Of a stretch of 64,000 nucleotides of DNA, positions 1 to 9,990 are shown piece by piece. A program made the translations under genes and the position numbers. The number at the start of each line of letters is the position of its first letter. Within the stretch, counting starts at the first letter, position 1. The notes below the pieces were generated by a model that saw only the letters and a program-made list of their open reading frames with translations, was not told the DNA's origin and made no database searches. The stretch is from Deltaproteobacteria bacterium (GTDB lineage: Bacteria; Desulfobacterota; Desulfobacteria; Desulfobacterales; ETH-SRB1): contig JAJSZT010000001.1 of assembly GCA_030272815.1 (NCBI GenBank), forward strand, positions 38,337-102,336. The letters run 5' to 3'.

Positions 1-16
1 AGACGACATAAATCCG

Positions 17-2524
17 ATGCTGTTCAGGGCCTATCTTCTACGGGAATCCCAGCTCAGACAGAAGGGGATGAACGTGGAAGCAGATTCAATTCATTGCCAG
101 GCCGCTACTTTTATGCCAACGTACGATAAGCTTTCCGACATGGATCTGATTGCCTTTATGAAAGGCGCTTCCATTGAAGACTTGATAAGCACCTATAACA
201 GGTATATCGGGGAAAATAGCCGCTCCAGTGCCGTAGAGCAGTATCTTGCAGGACAATTCCTTATTCACCGTCAATGGGACCTGCTGGACAACCTTGATGA
301 GAGGGTGCCCCTGAAAAAAGATGCTGCCCCGGTTTTTCGGGCAGCCGAGCTTATGCACAGCGGTGATTGGGAATCTGCTTTGGCCTGCCTGAAGCCTGTA
401 TCGAGAATTTCTCCTTTTGCTCCTGCCCGCATGTTTTGTCTTGCTATGGTATCTTTTTATAATGAAGATGATTCCGGGATGCAGCGAGCGCTTTCCATGA
501 TTCCAGAGGAATTTCCCATTTACAGGGTGGTGAAAAAGCTGAAAAAAAATCCTGCCGACCTTGCCTGCCTGTGGGAAGGTCCGGTAAATACTGAAAAAAG
601 AGTTGCTGAGGTTCTCGAACATCTGAAAAAAAAGCGTTTTAAAGATGCAGCCAGCCAACTCAGAAGTATCGCTGAATTAATTTGTCCTGATGATTTTGAC
701 CGTGCAATTTTCCATCTACTTGAACTGGTCTGGCGCTTTACCTGGGACAACACGATCAACGACTATGAATATTTCCGTTTTATCAAACGGTTGCTTCCTG
801 AAAACCAGTCTGAACTTCTAACTGCGAAAACCGAATATTTTGAGTTTGAGCAACCATTAATTAACACTGGCCAGTATCTTATGCATATAGATGCGGAATT
901 TCCTGACCGGGAACATGCCAGGATTGCCCATGCGCTGATTCTACTGCATGCTGTTGAAAAAATCCACAAGGAGAACTTTTTCGTTCAAAGCTTACGATGG
1001 GACTTTGAACTGTTAGGCCCGGCATTGGGAATCACTGCCGATAAACCTGATGAATGTCTAATTGAGATGACATTAAAGGCAATCAGGCTGGACCCTGAAA
1101 ACCGGCGTAGCTATGAACTGTTGGCAAACCAGCCCCGCTATTCCAGGCAGATAAAAAACCTGGTGGAAGAAGGGTTAATACAGATGCTGGACTATTTTCC
1201 GGATGACCCGTTTCCCTGCCTGGAACTGGCCACCATTTACTACGAAAAGAATGCCTTTCGCAAAGCCGAAAATATCTTAAAAGAGGCTATGAAGCGCGCC
1301 CCCCATGACAGCAGAGTTATTGACCGGCATGTGATTTCGCTGCTGATTTCTGCTGATAACAGCATCAAGAAGAAAAAGCTTCATCTGGCATCCAGAGATA
1401 TTGAAAAAGCCGATGCATTGAGCGGCAAGGCTACTCTGCCGCTGGTGGTTGAAAAACAGATACTGTTTCAGATTACAGAACAGGGGCAATTGTCCCTGTT
1501 CGACGGCAAGGTTGTAGCCGGTGCCGGAAATGTCCTATCTGTCATCGACAGAGCTGTCGCACACTTGTCTCCTTTTGAACAGATAAGTACCATAGCTATG
1601 TTGATTCTGGATGCGACAGGCCGGTTCCCCGAATGGGACAAAAAGATCTTTATCGAATTGGACAGAGCTTTCCGGCATTATGCCAAATCGATAAAGGATT
1701 TGTCTTCCGCACATATCGTTAGTTTGCTCAAGCCGCTAAGTAAGAAGGTGCGGCCGCTTACCCGTTCAAGGCATATTGCAGGTGTCATTTTATATCGTTG
1801 TAAAAATATACTCAAATATGTCGATGACACCGATATTATCCCTGTCCTTGATATCCTTGTTGATGCTGATCTGTTTAAACCGGCTCTGGATGAAATAAAA
1901 CGCAGGATAAAAAATGCCGGAGGGAGAGTAAAGGTATTGCTCGAATTTTACCAGGTTGTGATCCTGCATCTGACAGAAGAGCTGTTCATGGATCTGAAAG
2001 CTTTCCAGAAGGTAAAGGACAAAACTCCGGAATCGGATCTGGAATCGCTTCGGACCTCAGCCAGACGACTTGCAAAACATGCATCAGGGCCGTTAAAATC
2101 AGCCCTTGAAAGTTTTGATTTCACTATGCCTGCACCATCCTTCGGGCCTATGGACGATATGACATCGCCCTATGATTTGTTTGACGATGATTTTCTCATG
2201 GACGACAATGAAGAATATGATGAACAAGATGATCTGAAAGACTTTTTTGAACTTCTGGAAGCGGTGAAACAAAATCCCGGTGTTTTTGATCAGACAGTTG
2301 TTAAAAGTCAGCTTGATACAATTATTAAGGCATTAGAACACTTCATTGTCGCTATGGGTCTTCGGGGAGCACCCGATTTTTTAATCAACGAAATAATAAA
2401 AAATATGCGAAAAGAGAGCCCGGATATGGCAAAGACTTTTTCAACCGTGGCGAGTCTTCTTGACACGGAAGGGATAAATGCACTTTCCAGCGAAGCCCGG
2501 GCATTTCTCTTTGGAAAGGCTTAG
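17..2524 (+). CDS. large alpha-helical/TPR-like protein with acidic C-terminal segment; first gene of the atypical Hsp70 module
   Basis: 835-aa ORF with only short antisense competitors. TPR-like stretch LELATIYYEKNAFRKAENILKEAMKRAP and acidic run DLFDDDFLMDDNEEYDEQDD. Its stop lies 5 nt before the J-like gene. The start is uncertain (ATG 17 or ATG 68). Confidence 0.6.
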   Translation: MLFRAYLLRESQLRQKGMNVEADSIHCQAATFMPTYDKLSDMDLIAFMKGASIEDLISTYNRYIGENSRSSAVEQYLAGQFLIHRQWDLLDNLDERVPLKKDAAPVFRAAELMHSGDWESALACLKPVSRISPFAPARMFCLAMVSFYNEDDSGMQRALSMIPEEFPIYRVVKKLKKNPADLACLWEGPVNTEKRVAEVLEHLKKKRFKDAASQLRSIAELICPDDFDRAIFHLLELVWRFTWDNTINDYEYFRFIKRLLPENQSELLTAKTEYFEFEQPLINTGQYLMHIDAEFPDREHARIAHALILLHAVEKIHKENFFVQSLRWDFELLGPALGITADKPDECLIEMTLKAIRLDPENRRSYELLANQPRYSRQIKNLVEEGLIQMLDYFPDDPFPCLELATIYYEKNAFRKAENILKEAMKRAPHDSRVIDRHVISLLISADNSIKKKKLHLASRDIEKADALSGKATLPLVVEKQILFQITEQGQLSLFDGKVVAGAGNVLSVIDRAVAHLSPFEQISTIAMLILDATGRFPEWDKKIFIELDRAFRHYAKSIKDLSSAHIVSLLKPLSKKVRPLTRSRHIAGVILYRCKNILKYVDDTDIIPVLDILVDADLFKPALDEIKRRIKNAGGRVKVLLEFYQVVILHLTEELFMDLKAFQKVKDKTPESDLESLRTSARRLAKHASGPLKSALESFDFTMPAPSFGPMDDMTSPYDLFDDDFLMDDNEEYDEQDDLKDFFELLEAVKQNPGVFDQTVVKSQLDTIIKALEHFIVAMGLRGAPDFLINEIIKNMRKESPDMAKTFSTVASLLDTEGINALSSEARAFLFGKA

Positions 2525-2529
2525 ATAGT

Positions 2530-2823
2530 ATGTTATCAAGTTATTTTATCATGGGACTCGACTTAGATGCTACTGATGAAGAGATAAGAAAACGTTATCT
2601 GGAGCTTATCAAGCGGTATACGCCGGAAAAAAACCCGAATCGATTCCAGGAAATCACCAGTGCCTATGAACAGATCAAAACCCCCAGAGCCCGCATCCGG
2701 GGGAAATTGTTTGGCACTCTGTCAGTATCAGATGCGGAAGAGGCGCTGCTTTCTCTTGGACGCGCCCGAACACCGGTTCGAAGACGAGCGGGGCTCAAGG
2801 AGCTGCTTGATGAGGCAAGTTAG
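2530..2823 (+). CDS. J-domain-like protein with degenerate HPD motif (TPE)
   Basis: YFIMGLDLDATDEEIRKRYLELIKRYTPEKNPNRFQEITSAYEQI follows the DnaJ J-domain helix I-III pattern. The HPD tripeptide position reads TPE. There is no Zn-finger or C-terminal DnaJ domain (97 aa). Confidence 0.7.
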   Translation: MLSSYFIMGLDLDATDEEIRKRYLELIKRYTPEKNPNRFQEITSAYEQIKTPRARIRGKLFGTLSVSDAEEALLSLGRARTPVRRRAGLKELLDEAS

Positions 2824-2835
2824 GGATGGTTTCCA

Positions 2836-3621
2836 ATGCTGAAATTTTATATAGCTAAATTCGCTAAACGTTTTAAGCGGAGTGTTTTAGATAATGTTCT
2901 TTTGCCGCTTATGAAATGGACTTCGACCCTTTTGTCCGCAAAAATCAAGGCTTATGAGTCTGACACGGCTGAAGTTCCAGCAAGTAAATGGAAGGAAAAA
3001 GTCCTAGAGGATTTTAAGGCATGGATGACGGATCTGCCGGAAGAGATGCCCATTGATCGAAAGGTTGATATGGATTCTTGCGATCTATATACCTTGCTGA
3101 TGGAGTTTACCGCTCTGAGGCAGGAGATAAAATTCCAGAACCGCGAACAGAACAACACACTGAGAATTCAACAATCCTTTATTGATAGCTTGAAGGAAAC
3201 ACTAAAGCTGTTAAAGGACAGGACATTGAAACTCGAAACTCTTGAAGAACGTATACGCTTTGCAAGTGAAAAAAAGGCTGTATTACCGTTTCTGGATATC
3301 AGGGATGGCCTGATTCGGGGACTTAAAGCTGCAAAGGCTGCGGCCGCAACCAGACGATTGTTCGTCCGTCCGCCGCAGGGAATTGAAGGTATAGTTGAAG
3401 GTTATGAAATGGCCCAGCGCCGATTCGACCGGGCTCTGACCTATGTCGGGATAACCCCGGTGACGGCTATAGACCGGCCATTTGATCCCGCTACAATGCG
3501 GGCCGTTGGGCAGGGAAGTGACCTGCAGAAGGAAGCAGGCATAGTGATTGAAGAACAGGTGGGCGGATTTGTCCGACAAGACGAGGTAATCCGGACTGCT
3601 GAAGTAATAGTGAACAAATAG
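2836..3621 (+). CDS. GrpE-like nucleotide exchange factor
   Basis: 261 aa. A long coiled-coil N-terminal half is followed by a GrpE beta-domain-like C-terminus (YVGITPVTAIDRPFDPATMRAVG...GGFVRQDEVIRTAEVIVNK). It lies directly upstream of the Hsp70 gene. Confidence 0.7.
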   Translation: MLKFYIAKFAKRFKRSVLDNVLLPLMKWTSTLLSAKIKAYESDTAEVPASKWKEKVLEDFKAWMTDLPEEMPIDRKVDMDSCDLYTLLMEFTALRQEIKFQNREQNNTLRIQQSFIDSLKETLKLLKDRTLKLETLEERIRFASEKKAVLPFLDIRDGLIRGLKAAKAAAATRRLFVRPPQGIEGIVEGYEMAQRRFDRALTYVGITPVTAIDRPFDPATMRAVGQGSDLQKEAGIVIEEQVGGFVRQDEVIRTAEVIVNK

Positions 3622-3635
3622 CACGGAGACAAAAC

Positions 3636-5387
3636 ATGGAACCAATTATTGGAATAGATCTGGGCACTACAAACTCAGAAGTTGCTTTTATTTTTGACGG
3701 CACAACGGAGATTATTACCGATAACGATAATGGTATCTTACCATCATGCGTCAGCATCGGAGAAAATGGAAATATCATTGTAGGTGCCGAAGCCGGCAAC
3801 CAGGCGTTAATAAACCCTGAAAAAACCGTTCTTTCCGTCAAAAGGTGCATGGGCACAGACCAGAAACTTAAATTGGGTGAATTATCTTTTTCACCACAGG
3901 AGATTTCGGCTTTTATCCTTAAAGAGCTTAAAGAACGTGCCGAGAAAAAAATCAATCGTCCGGTTTCAAAGGCAGTAATCACGGTACCGGCCTATTTTAC
4001 AGATGACCAAAGGCAGGCCACTCGTGAGGCAGGTGAAATTGCCGGACTTGAAGTAGTCCGGATCATTAACGAGCCCACAGCGGCGTCTCTGGCCTATGAA
4101 AGCACCAACCCGGGAACCCAAAGAGTTCTGGTCTATGATCTCGGAGGCGGTACTTTTGATGTTTCCATTGTAAAAATAGAGGCCGGCGTTGTGGAAGTAC
4201 TGTCGAGCACCGGCGATAATCATCTGGGAGGCGACGATTTTGATCTAAAGATAGTCGATCATCTTGTAAAACACATGGAAACTGAGTTTGATTATTCGGT
4301 AAAAGATAAAGCCGCGGTTATGGCAAGACTCAAGCGAGCTGCCGAAGGTGCAAAAATTCAATTGTCATCAGCACCATATACAACCATTGAAGAAGATCAC
4401 ATCGGCAAAAAAGGATTTAAGGATCTTCACCTGTCGCTGGAACTGTCGAGGACGGAGTTCGAGGAAATGATTGAAGAAGATCTTGTCCGCACCATGGAAT
4501 CAGTGAATAAGGCATTAAAGGATGCCGCCATGCTGCCTTCGGCCATCAACAAAATAATCCTGGTGGGCGGATCAACCCGCATTCCCAGGATATCTCAAAT
4601 GCTGGAAGAGAAGATCGGGCATCTGCCCCACAGTGAAATAGATCCGGATCTGTGTGTAGGTATCGGCGCCGGCATGCAGGCGGGAAGAGAAATGGGACTG
4701 GAACGTTCCGGTGTGCTGGTAGATATTACCCCATATACCTTCGGCACTTCCGCCATAGGCGAAGTAGATGGTGAGCCGAGCAAGACGATGTTCGCTCCCC
4801 TGATCCGGCGCAATACCAAGCTTCCGGCAAGAAAAAGCGATGTTTTCTATACCATGGTCGACAATCAGGAGGCTGTGGATGTCAGGATCTATCAGGGAGA
4901 AGCGCCAGATGCTCTGGATAATATCTTGCTCGGAAATTACATGTTTGATCTGACCCGGGCCCCTTCAGGCAGCGAGATCATTTTGCATTTTGACCTGGAT
5001 CTAAATGGAATCTTAAAAATCAAAGCAGTTGAAAAAAAGACCGGCAACAAGATCAACGCAGTGATCGAAAATGCTATTTCCCGGTTTACCGACGAAGAAT
5101 TATCACAAACTCAAGATCGCATCAACGGACTCTGGACTGAAGGAAGGGAATCGGAAACACCTCTGAAAGAAAAGGCGCAAACCGAGGCTGATGTAAAAAA
5201 GCTGCCGCCCGAATATGCCGACATTGTCAGGAGGGCTGAGGGAAAGCTGGCAGAAGCTTTTGAAGACGACCGCGATGAAATGATTAACCTCATAGAAGAT
5301 ATTCGTGATGCTTTAAGTAAAAACCGAATGGAAGATGCAGAAACGTTTAAAAAAGAACTCGACGATATCCTTTTTTATATGGGATAG
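3636..5387 (+). CDS. Hsp70-family chaperone (DnaK/HscC-like, short lid)
   Basis: Hsp70 nucleotide-binding-domain (NBD) signatures IGIDLGTTNSEVA, VITVPAYFTDDQRQATREAG, VYDLGGGTFDVSIV and ILVGGSTRIPRI. The substrate-binding beta domain follows. At 583 aa it is shorter than housekeeping DnaK. Confidence 0.9.
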   Translation: MEPIIGIDLGTTNSEVAFIFDGTTEIITDNDNGILPSCVSIGENGNIIVGAEAGNQALINPEKTVLSVKRCMGTDQKLKLGELSFSPQEISAFILKELKERAEKKINRPVSKAVITVPAYFTDDQRQATREAGEIAGLEVVRIINEPTAASLAYESTNPGTQRVLVYDLGGGTFDVSIVKIEAGVVEVLSSTGDNHLGGDDFDLKIVDHLVKHMETEFDYSVKDKAAVMARLKRAAEGAKIQLSSAPYTTIEEDHIGKKGFKDLHLSLELSRTEFEEMIEEDLVRTMESVNKALKDAAMLPSAINKIILVGGSTRIPRISQMLEEKIGHLPHSEIDPDLCVGIGAGMQAGREMGLERSGVLVDITPYTFGTSAIGEVDGEPSKTMFAPLIRRNTKLPARKSDVFYTMVDNQEAVDVRIYQGEAPDALDNILLGNYMFDLTRAPSGSEIILHFDLDLNGILKIKAVEKKTGNKINAVIENAISRFTDEELSQTQDRINGLWTEGRESETPLKEKAQTEADVKKLPPEYADIVRRAEGKLAEAFEDDRDEMINLIEDIRDALSKNRMEDAETFKKELDDILFYMG

Positions 5388-5402
5388 AACAAGGCTGATA
5401 AT

Positions 5403-5678
5403 ATGGAACGCTGTCCAACCTGCAATGCTAGATATAAAGGCAAGCTCACCTGCCGTCGCTGCAAAACCGACCTGAGACCTTTACTGGATATTGAAGAAAA
5501 ATCCCGGACTCATTATAAAGCAGCGGCAGCAGCATTTGCCTGCAATGATTTCAATCGCATGTTTTTCCATGCCAAACGCAGTTTTTCGCTGATGCAAACG
5601 CCGGAAAACTGCCGCCTGCTTGCCTGTTCGGCTCTGCTGATCCATCGTTTTGACATAGCCCTGGCATTGGCAATCTAA
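5403..5678 (+). CDS. small zinc-ribbon protein (CxxC-x12-CxxC) with helical tail
   Basis: MERCPTCNARYKGKLTCRRCKTD N-terminus. It starts 15 nt after the Hsp70 stop on the same strand. 91 aa. Confidence 0.5.
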   Translation: MERCPTCNARYKGKLTCRRCKTDLRPLLDIEEKSRTHYKAAAAAFACNDFNRMFFHAKRSFSLMQTPENCRLLACSALLIHRFDIALALAI

Positions 5679-5931
5679 ACCATTCAAATATATTCCTCGA
5701 AAGGCCACAAATAACAATTTTTCGCTGGCCATGAACATCAATAGCAGCGTTGCTCAGGCTTGCAACTCCTATTAAACAGTTATCAACCGCTAACCCTTGT
5801 GCCGCAGGGAAAATTCGACTTTCAAATAACTAAATCATAACCTTCTGATATGATTGACAAGTTATTTTTCGGTTACAGTGTCGCGAATCGGCATAATATA
5901 GGTTTTTACGAAAATATCATTTCTAACGCTC

Positions 5932-6673
5932 CTATAACTCCCGAATCGCCCTCATCTCATATTCTTCGATCAATCCTTCATCGGCAAAGCTGAAATAGCG
6001 GTTGTCTCCGATGATGATATGGTCGAAAAAGCTGATGCCGGTGGCCCTGGCCGCCATCATCAGGCTTCTTGTAAATGCTTTATCATCGTTGCTTGGGATT
6101 ACTGAGCCGGAGGGGTGATTGTGGGCGACAATGATCGACGGGGCATTATATTTGATGGCTGTCTGGATAATATCGCGGATATATGGATTCGCCCTGTCAA
6201 CTGTGCCATAGTCGATATCAATCGTATCTGATACGGCATTCCGTCTGTTGAGAAGAAAAAGCACAAACCGCTCTTTTTTTAAGTCTCTCATGAGGGGGCA
6301 TAAGAAAATTCGCAACATCAGATGATTTTTTAATGGAACCTTCCATGGCCTTTTCCTCGCTAAGCATTCTCCTGCCCAGCTCGATAGCTGCTTTAATCTG
6401 GGCGATCTTGGCGTTTTTGAGGCCGGAAATCTCTTTAAACTCAGAAGCATCGATGCCGCTCATGGCGCGGAGCGACTTGTACTTGTGGAGCAATTCTCTG
6501 CCAATATCCACGGCGCTTCTTCCTGGCGTTCCCGTCCTGATTAAAATAGCGAGAAGTTCCGCATTGCTCAGAGCATGTTCTCCGTATTTGAGCAGTTTTT
6601 CTCGCGGCCGGTCATCTTCTGACCATTCACAGATGGGAAGGGGATATTTTTTAGCTTTCTTTTTCATTTGCAA
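5932..6673 (-). pseudogene. radC: radC (UPF0758/JAB-domain) interrupted by a +1 frameshift in a C5 homopolymer
   Basis: ORF 6218..6673 carries the N-terminal half (DDRPREKLLKYGEHALSNAELLAILIRTGTPG). ORF 5932..6450 carries the JAB half (IIVAHNHPSGSVIPSNDD). The frames meet at G5 on the + strand (6294..6298). Removing one base restores NFLMPLMRDLKKERFVLFLLN. Confidence 0.8.
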
Positions 6674-6804
6674 AAAAGGTGGTGTCGGTAATCATTTGTT
6701 TGTTTTTCCTGTTCCAGATCTTCAATAACTTCCTCATCGACAATATCAGGTTCCAGATCTATATTCTGCTGTGATTCAATATAGATGTTTTTTTATTCCC
6801 GGAT

Positions 6805-7644
6805 TCATTTTATCATTATATTCATACTGCCACCAACATAGCCTTCCATATCCAACGCTACATAAGAAAAAGCTAATGCCTTTAATTTATTGTTAATAAC
6901 CAGTCTAATTTTTTCATTTAATATTTTTTCAAAATCAACAGGGTCAATCTCTATTCTTGCAACTTTTCCGTGGCACCTTACACGACAAGTCTTAAAACCA
7001 AGATCTATTATGGTATTTTCAGCTTGTTCTATCATACTCAGTGCTTGTTGAGTTAAGGGAGTTCCATAGGGAATTCTGGTGGCAAAGCATGCCATTGCAG
7101 GCTTATCCCATGTGGATAAATTCATATCTTTTGAAAGCAAGCGGATATCATCTTTTGAAAGTCCTGCGTCAACCAATGGAGCAACAACACCCATTTCTTC
7201 TGCAGCCGAAAGTCCGGGTCGAAAATCATCAAGGTCATCTATGTTGGCACCGTGGGCGATAGGGGTAATGCCCATATCTGAGGCAATTTTTAAAATATCC
7301 TCAAAGAGAAGTTTTTTGCATATGTAGCATCTGTCTTTTTTGTTGGCCATAAAGCCGGAATGATTTATTTCCCTTGATTTAAATAGAATGTGCTTAATTC
7401 CAAGGTTATCGGCAAATTTTTTTGAATATTCTATTTCCCGTGATGGATGTATAGGTGAGGTTGCTGATATGGCTGCCACATTCTTTTTTAGCAATTTGTG
7501 AGCAATGGCAAGTAAAAAGGCGCTATCGACTCCGCCAGAAAATGCAACTATCAGAGAGTCGAAACCATTTATTATGGAGACCAGTCGTTCTCTTTTTTCT
7601 TTTAAGCCTAACAGTTTCTTGTTTTTCATGTTTTTTTGAACCAT
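6805..7644 (-). CDS. larE: LarE-family PP-loop ATP-dependent sulfur transferase
   Basis: PP-loop VAFSGGVDSAFLL, a DDFRPGL motif, and ACFATRIPYGTPLT plus RVRCHGKVARIEI matching the LarE C-terminal signature. 279 aa. Confidence 0.8.
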   Translation of the reverse strand: MVQKNMKNKKLLGLKEKRERLVSIINGFDSLIVAFSGGVDSAFLLAIAHKLLKKNVAAISATSPIHPSREIEYSKKFADNLGIKHILFKSREINHSGFMANKKDRCYICKKLLFEDILKIASDMGITPIAHGANIDDLDDFRPGLSAAEEMGVVAPLVDAGLSKDDIRLLSKDMNLSTWDKPAMACFATRIPYGTPLTQQALSMIEQAENTIIDLGFKTCRVRCHGKVARIEIDPVDFEKILNEKIRLVINNKLKALAFSYVALDMEGYVGGSMNIMIK

Positions 7645-7811
7645 TGTTTTTTCTCAATCTTTTTCCGATAACTTCCGTTAATCCTGTCAAAAAAGTCCAC
7701 CCCAACGGCGCTAAATTCATGATATTTTCATTTTATATGCTTTTCAAGTGAATATTAACGGTTCATGAAAACTTGACAAATTATTAAGGATGTGGGAAGC
7801 GTTGAACCGCT

Positions 7812-9347
7812 ATGTTAAAAGAAAATATGAACAATGAAAAAGAAAAAATCCTATTCGTAGATGATGAAGAAAGTATTCTGGATATAGCAAGTGAATATTT
7901 TCAAAAAAAAGGATATCAGGTAGTTACTGCAAAAAACGGGCTTGAGGCAGTAAAAATTTTAGGAGACGAAAACATTGACTGCTGTTTCACCGATATTAAT
8001 ATGCCTGAAATGGACGGCCTTGAACTTGCTGAACATTTAAGGAAAACTGATAATACTATACCGGTAATTATTATGACCGGTTATCCTTCCTTAGAAAATA
8101 CGATCAGAACCCTTAAAAACGGCGTTGTAGATTTCTTGATCAAGCCGGTTAATCTTAATCGGATGGAGGTTTGTCTCAGGCGCGTTTTACGTGAACGACA
8201 GTTGTTTGTAGAAAACATAATTTTAAAAAAGGAAGTGGAAGGTAAAGAACAGCTTGAAAGATTAAACAGAGAGTTGCTCTATAAAGTTGAAGAGCTAAAT
8301 ATCTTAAACAAAATAATGAGCGATTTTACAATTACCAGCTCAAGCTCCGATGTATTCAAGCGGTTAGTAGATACAACAATAAAGATCATGCATACTGATG
8401 AAGCAAGGTTTTATGTAATCAATGAGGCTGTAAAAAGGCCGTTTAAAGTTACTGCTGCTATATCAATCCCTAACAAGACTAAAAGCTCCGCCGGTACAGA
8501 TAAAGCCATCGAAAAGTTGATAATGGAGACCGTATCAGATGAGATGCCGTTGTTGATTTCTGAAAACAAAGGAGCAAGGAGTTTACCTGAAGACATATTA
8601 TCATTTATGGCAGTACCGCTGGCAATCAGGGAAAAAGTATTCGGTGTTCTGACTGCATGCATAAAAAAATCCAGCATTCGTTTTACTGAAAAAGATTTAT
8701 ATTATCTATCATTTATGACGAACAAAGCAGCCTATGCTATTGAAAATCTTGCTCTTTATGAGAATATTTACGAAAATCTGTTCTCAACTCTTTATGCATT
8801 TGTAAAAGCTATAGAGGCAAGAGATCCATATACCCAGCAGCACTCAAACAGAGTGACCAGCATATCAATCGTTATAGGAAAAGAAATGGGTTGCACTTCA
8901 GAGGAATTAGACATTCTCAATTTTGCGGGCCATCTTCACGACATTGGAAAGATAGGAATAAGAGACGCCATCCTGCTTAAACCAGGAACTTATACGGAAG
9001 AAGAGCGTAATATTATCAAGGAGCATCCAATTATCGGCGCAAGCATAATAGGACAGCTATGGTTGCTGGACAGTGAAAAACAGATAATAAAACATCATCA
9101 TGAGCGCTTTGATGGAACAGGGTACCCTGATGGTTTAAAAAATAAAGAAATACCATTGCTTGCACGCATACTTTCTGTTGCAGACGTTTATGATGCCCTA
9201 GCCTCTGATAGAGCTTACCGAAAAAAAATGGAGAAAAACGAGATAATAAAGATAATTAAAAAAGGAAGAGGCACCCAATTTGATCCTGATGTTGTAAATG
9301 CTTTTCTTAAACTCTATCATGCGGGAGTCATTGAGAAAATTATATAA
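7812..9347 (+). CDS. response regulator receiver + GAF-like + HD-GYP phosphodiesterase
   Basis: Receiver motifs ILFVDDEE and CCFTDINMPEMDG. HD-GYP motifs HLHDIGKIG and HHERFDGTGYPDGL. Confidence 0.85.
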   Translation: MLKENMNNEKEKILFVDDEESILDIASEYFQKKGYQVVTAKNGLEAVKILGDENIDCCFTDINMPEMDGLELAEHLRKTDNTIPVIIMTGYPSLENTIRTLKNGVVDFLIKPVNLNRMEVCLRRVLRERQLFVENIILKKEVEGKEQLERLNRELLYKVEELNILNKIMSDFTITSSSSDVFKRLVDTTIKIMHTDEARFYVINEAVKRPFKVTAAISIPNKTKSSAGTDKAIEKLIMETVSDEMPLLISENKGARSLPEDILSFMAVPLAIREKVFGVLTACIKKSSIRFTEKDLYYLSFMTNKAAYAIENLALYENIYENLFSTLYAFVKAIEARDPYTQQHSNRVTSISIVIGKEMGCTSEELDILNFAGHLHDIGKIGIRDAILLKPGTYTEEERNIIKEHPIIGASIIGQLWLLDSEKQIIKHHHERFDGTGYPDGLKNKEIPLLARILSVADVYDALASDRAYRKKMEKNEIIKIIKKGRGTQFDPDVVNAFLKLYHAGVIEKII

Positions 9348-9414
9348 GGACCTTTGCAGGGGACTATAGATTTTCACAAGCCTGACAGTATTCCCTGCAA
9401 TTCCTTTATTTTTC

Positions 9415-9560
9415 GTAGCCATTCACGGCTTGAAACTTGAAATTGGAAAGTAGAAATTTGGGAGAGATTAAAATAGAAATTGGAAAGTAGAAATTGGGAA
9501 GAACAGTACAAAAACATGAAGGCCCAATTTCCAATTTCTATTTTCAATGTTCTGTGAACG
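9415..9560. repeat. family A hairpin element, ORF-less copy
   Basis: The sequence runs gtagccattcacggcttgaaacttgaaattggaaagtagaaatttggg...aacagtacaaaaacatgaaggcccaatttccaatttc...tgtgaacg. It shares arms with copies at 22340, 36463 and 58564. Confidence 0.8.
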
Positions 9561-9564
9561 TTTA

Positions 9565-9954
9565 CTATTTTTCTTTTTCCTTGAGCAGCTTGTGCTGGTA
9601 AGCCTCTCCTGTTTTGATAAGCAGTTCGTCGATATCACAAGGTTTCATTACATAATCATAAGCGCCTAATTTCATGGCTTCCATACCAGACTCGATCGAG
9701 GCATGTCCGGTAAGCATAACAATCTCTATGGCCGGCTGGAGCTGCTTGATCTGCTTCAAGGTTTCAATACCGTCGATTCCGGGCATCTTAACGTCTATAA
9801 CAGCTACATCAAAAGACTTTTGCCTGACCAGATCTATAGCCTCCTTGCCGCTTGCTACATCCGTGATATCTATTTTCCTTAATTTCAGCCTGTTAGTAAG
9901 AGTTATTCTAAAGTCGTCCTCGTCATCGACCAACAGCATCCGAATTTCCTCCAT
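9565..9954 (-). CDS. single-domain CheY-like response regulator
   Basis: MLLVDDEDD, FDVAVIDVKMPGIDG and a conserved K in YDYVMKP. 129 aa, downstream of the kinase gene. Confidence 0.85.
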   Translation of the reverse strand: MEEIRMLLVDDEDDFRITLTNRLKLRKIDITDVASGKEAIDLVRQKSFDVAVIDVKMPGIDGIETLKQIKQLQPAIEIVMLTGHASIESGMEAMKLGAYDYVMKPCDIDELLIKTGEAYQHKLLKEKEK

Positions 9955-9990
9955 TTTCTATCTCCTTTATATTTTATTTATATTTTCAAC

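Noticed and set aside
3491-3982. 163-aa minus-strand ORF spanning the GrpE-like/Hsp70 junction
   Set aside because: It is antisense to two motif-supported genes and crosses their intergenic RBS region.
6333-6728. 131-aa plus-strand ORF
   Set aside because: It is antisense to the radC N-terminal half, which carries clear family motifs.
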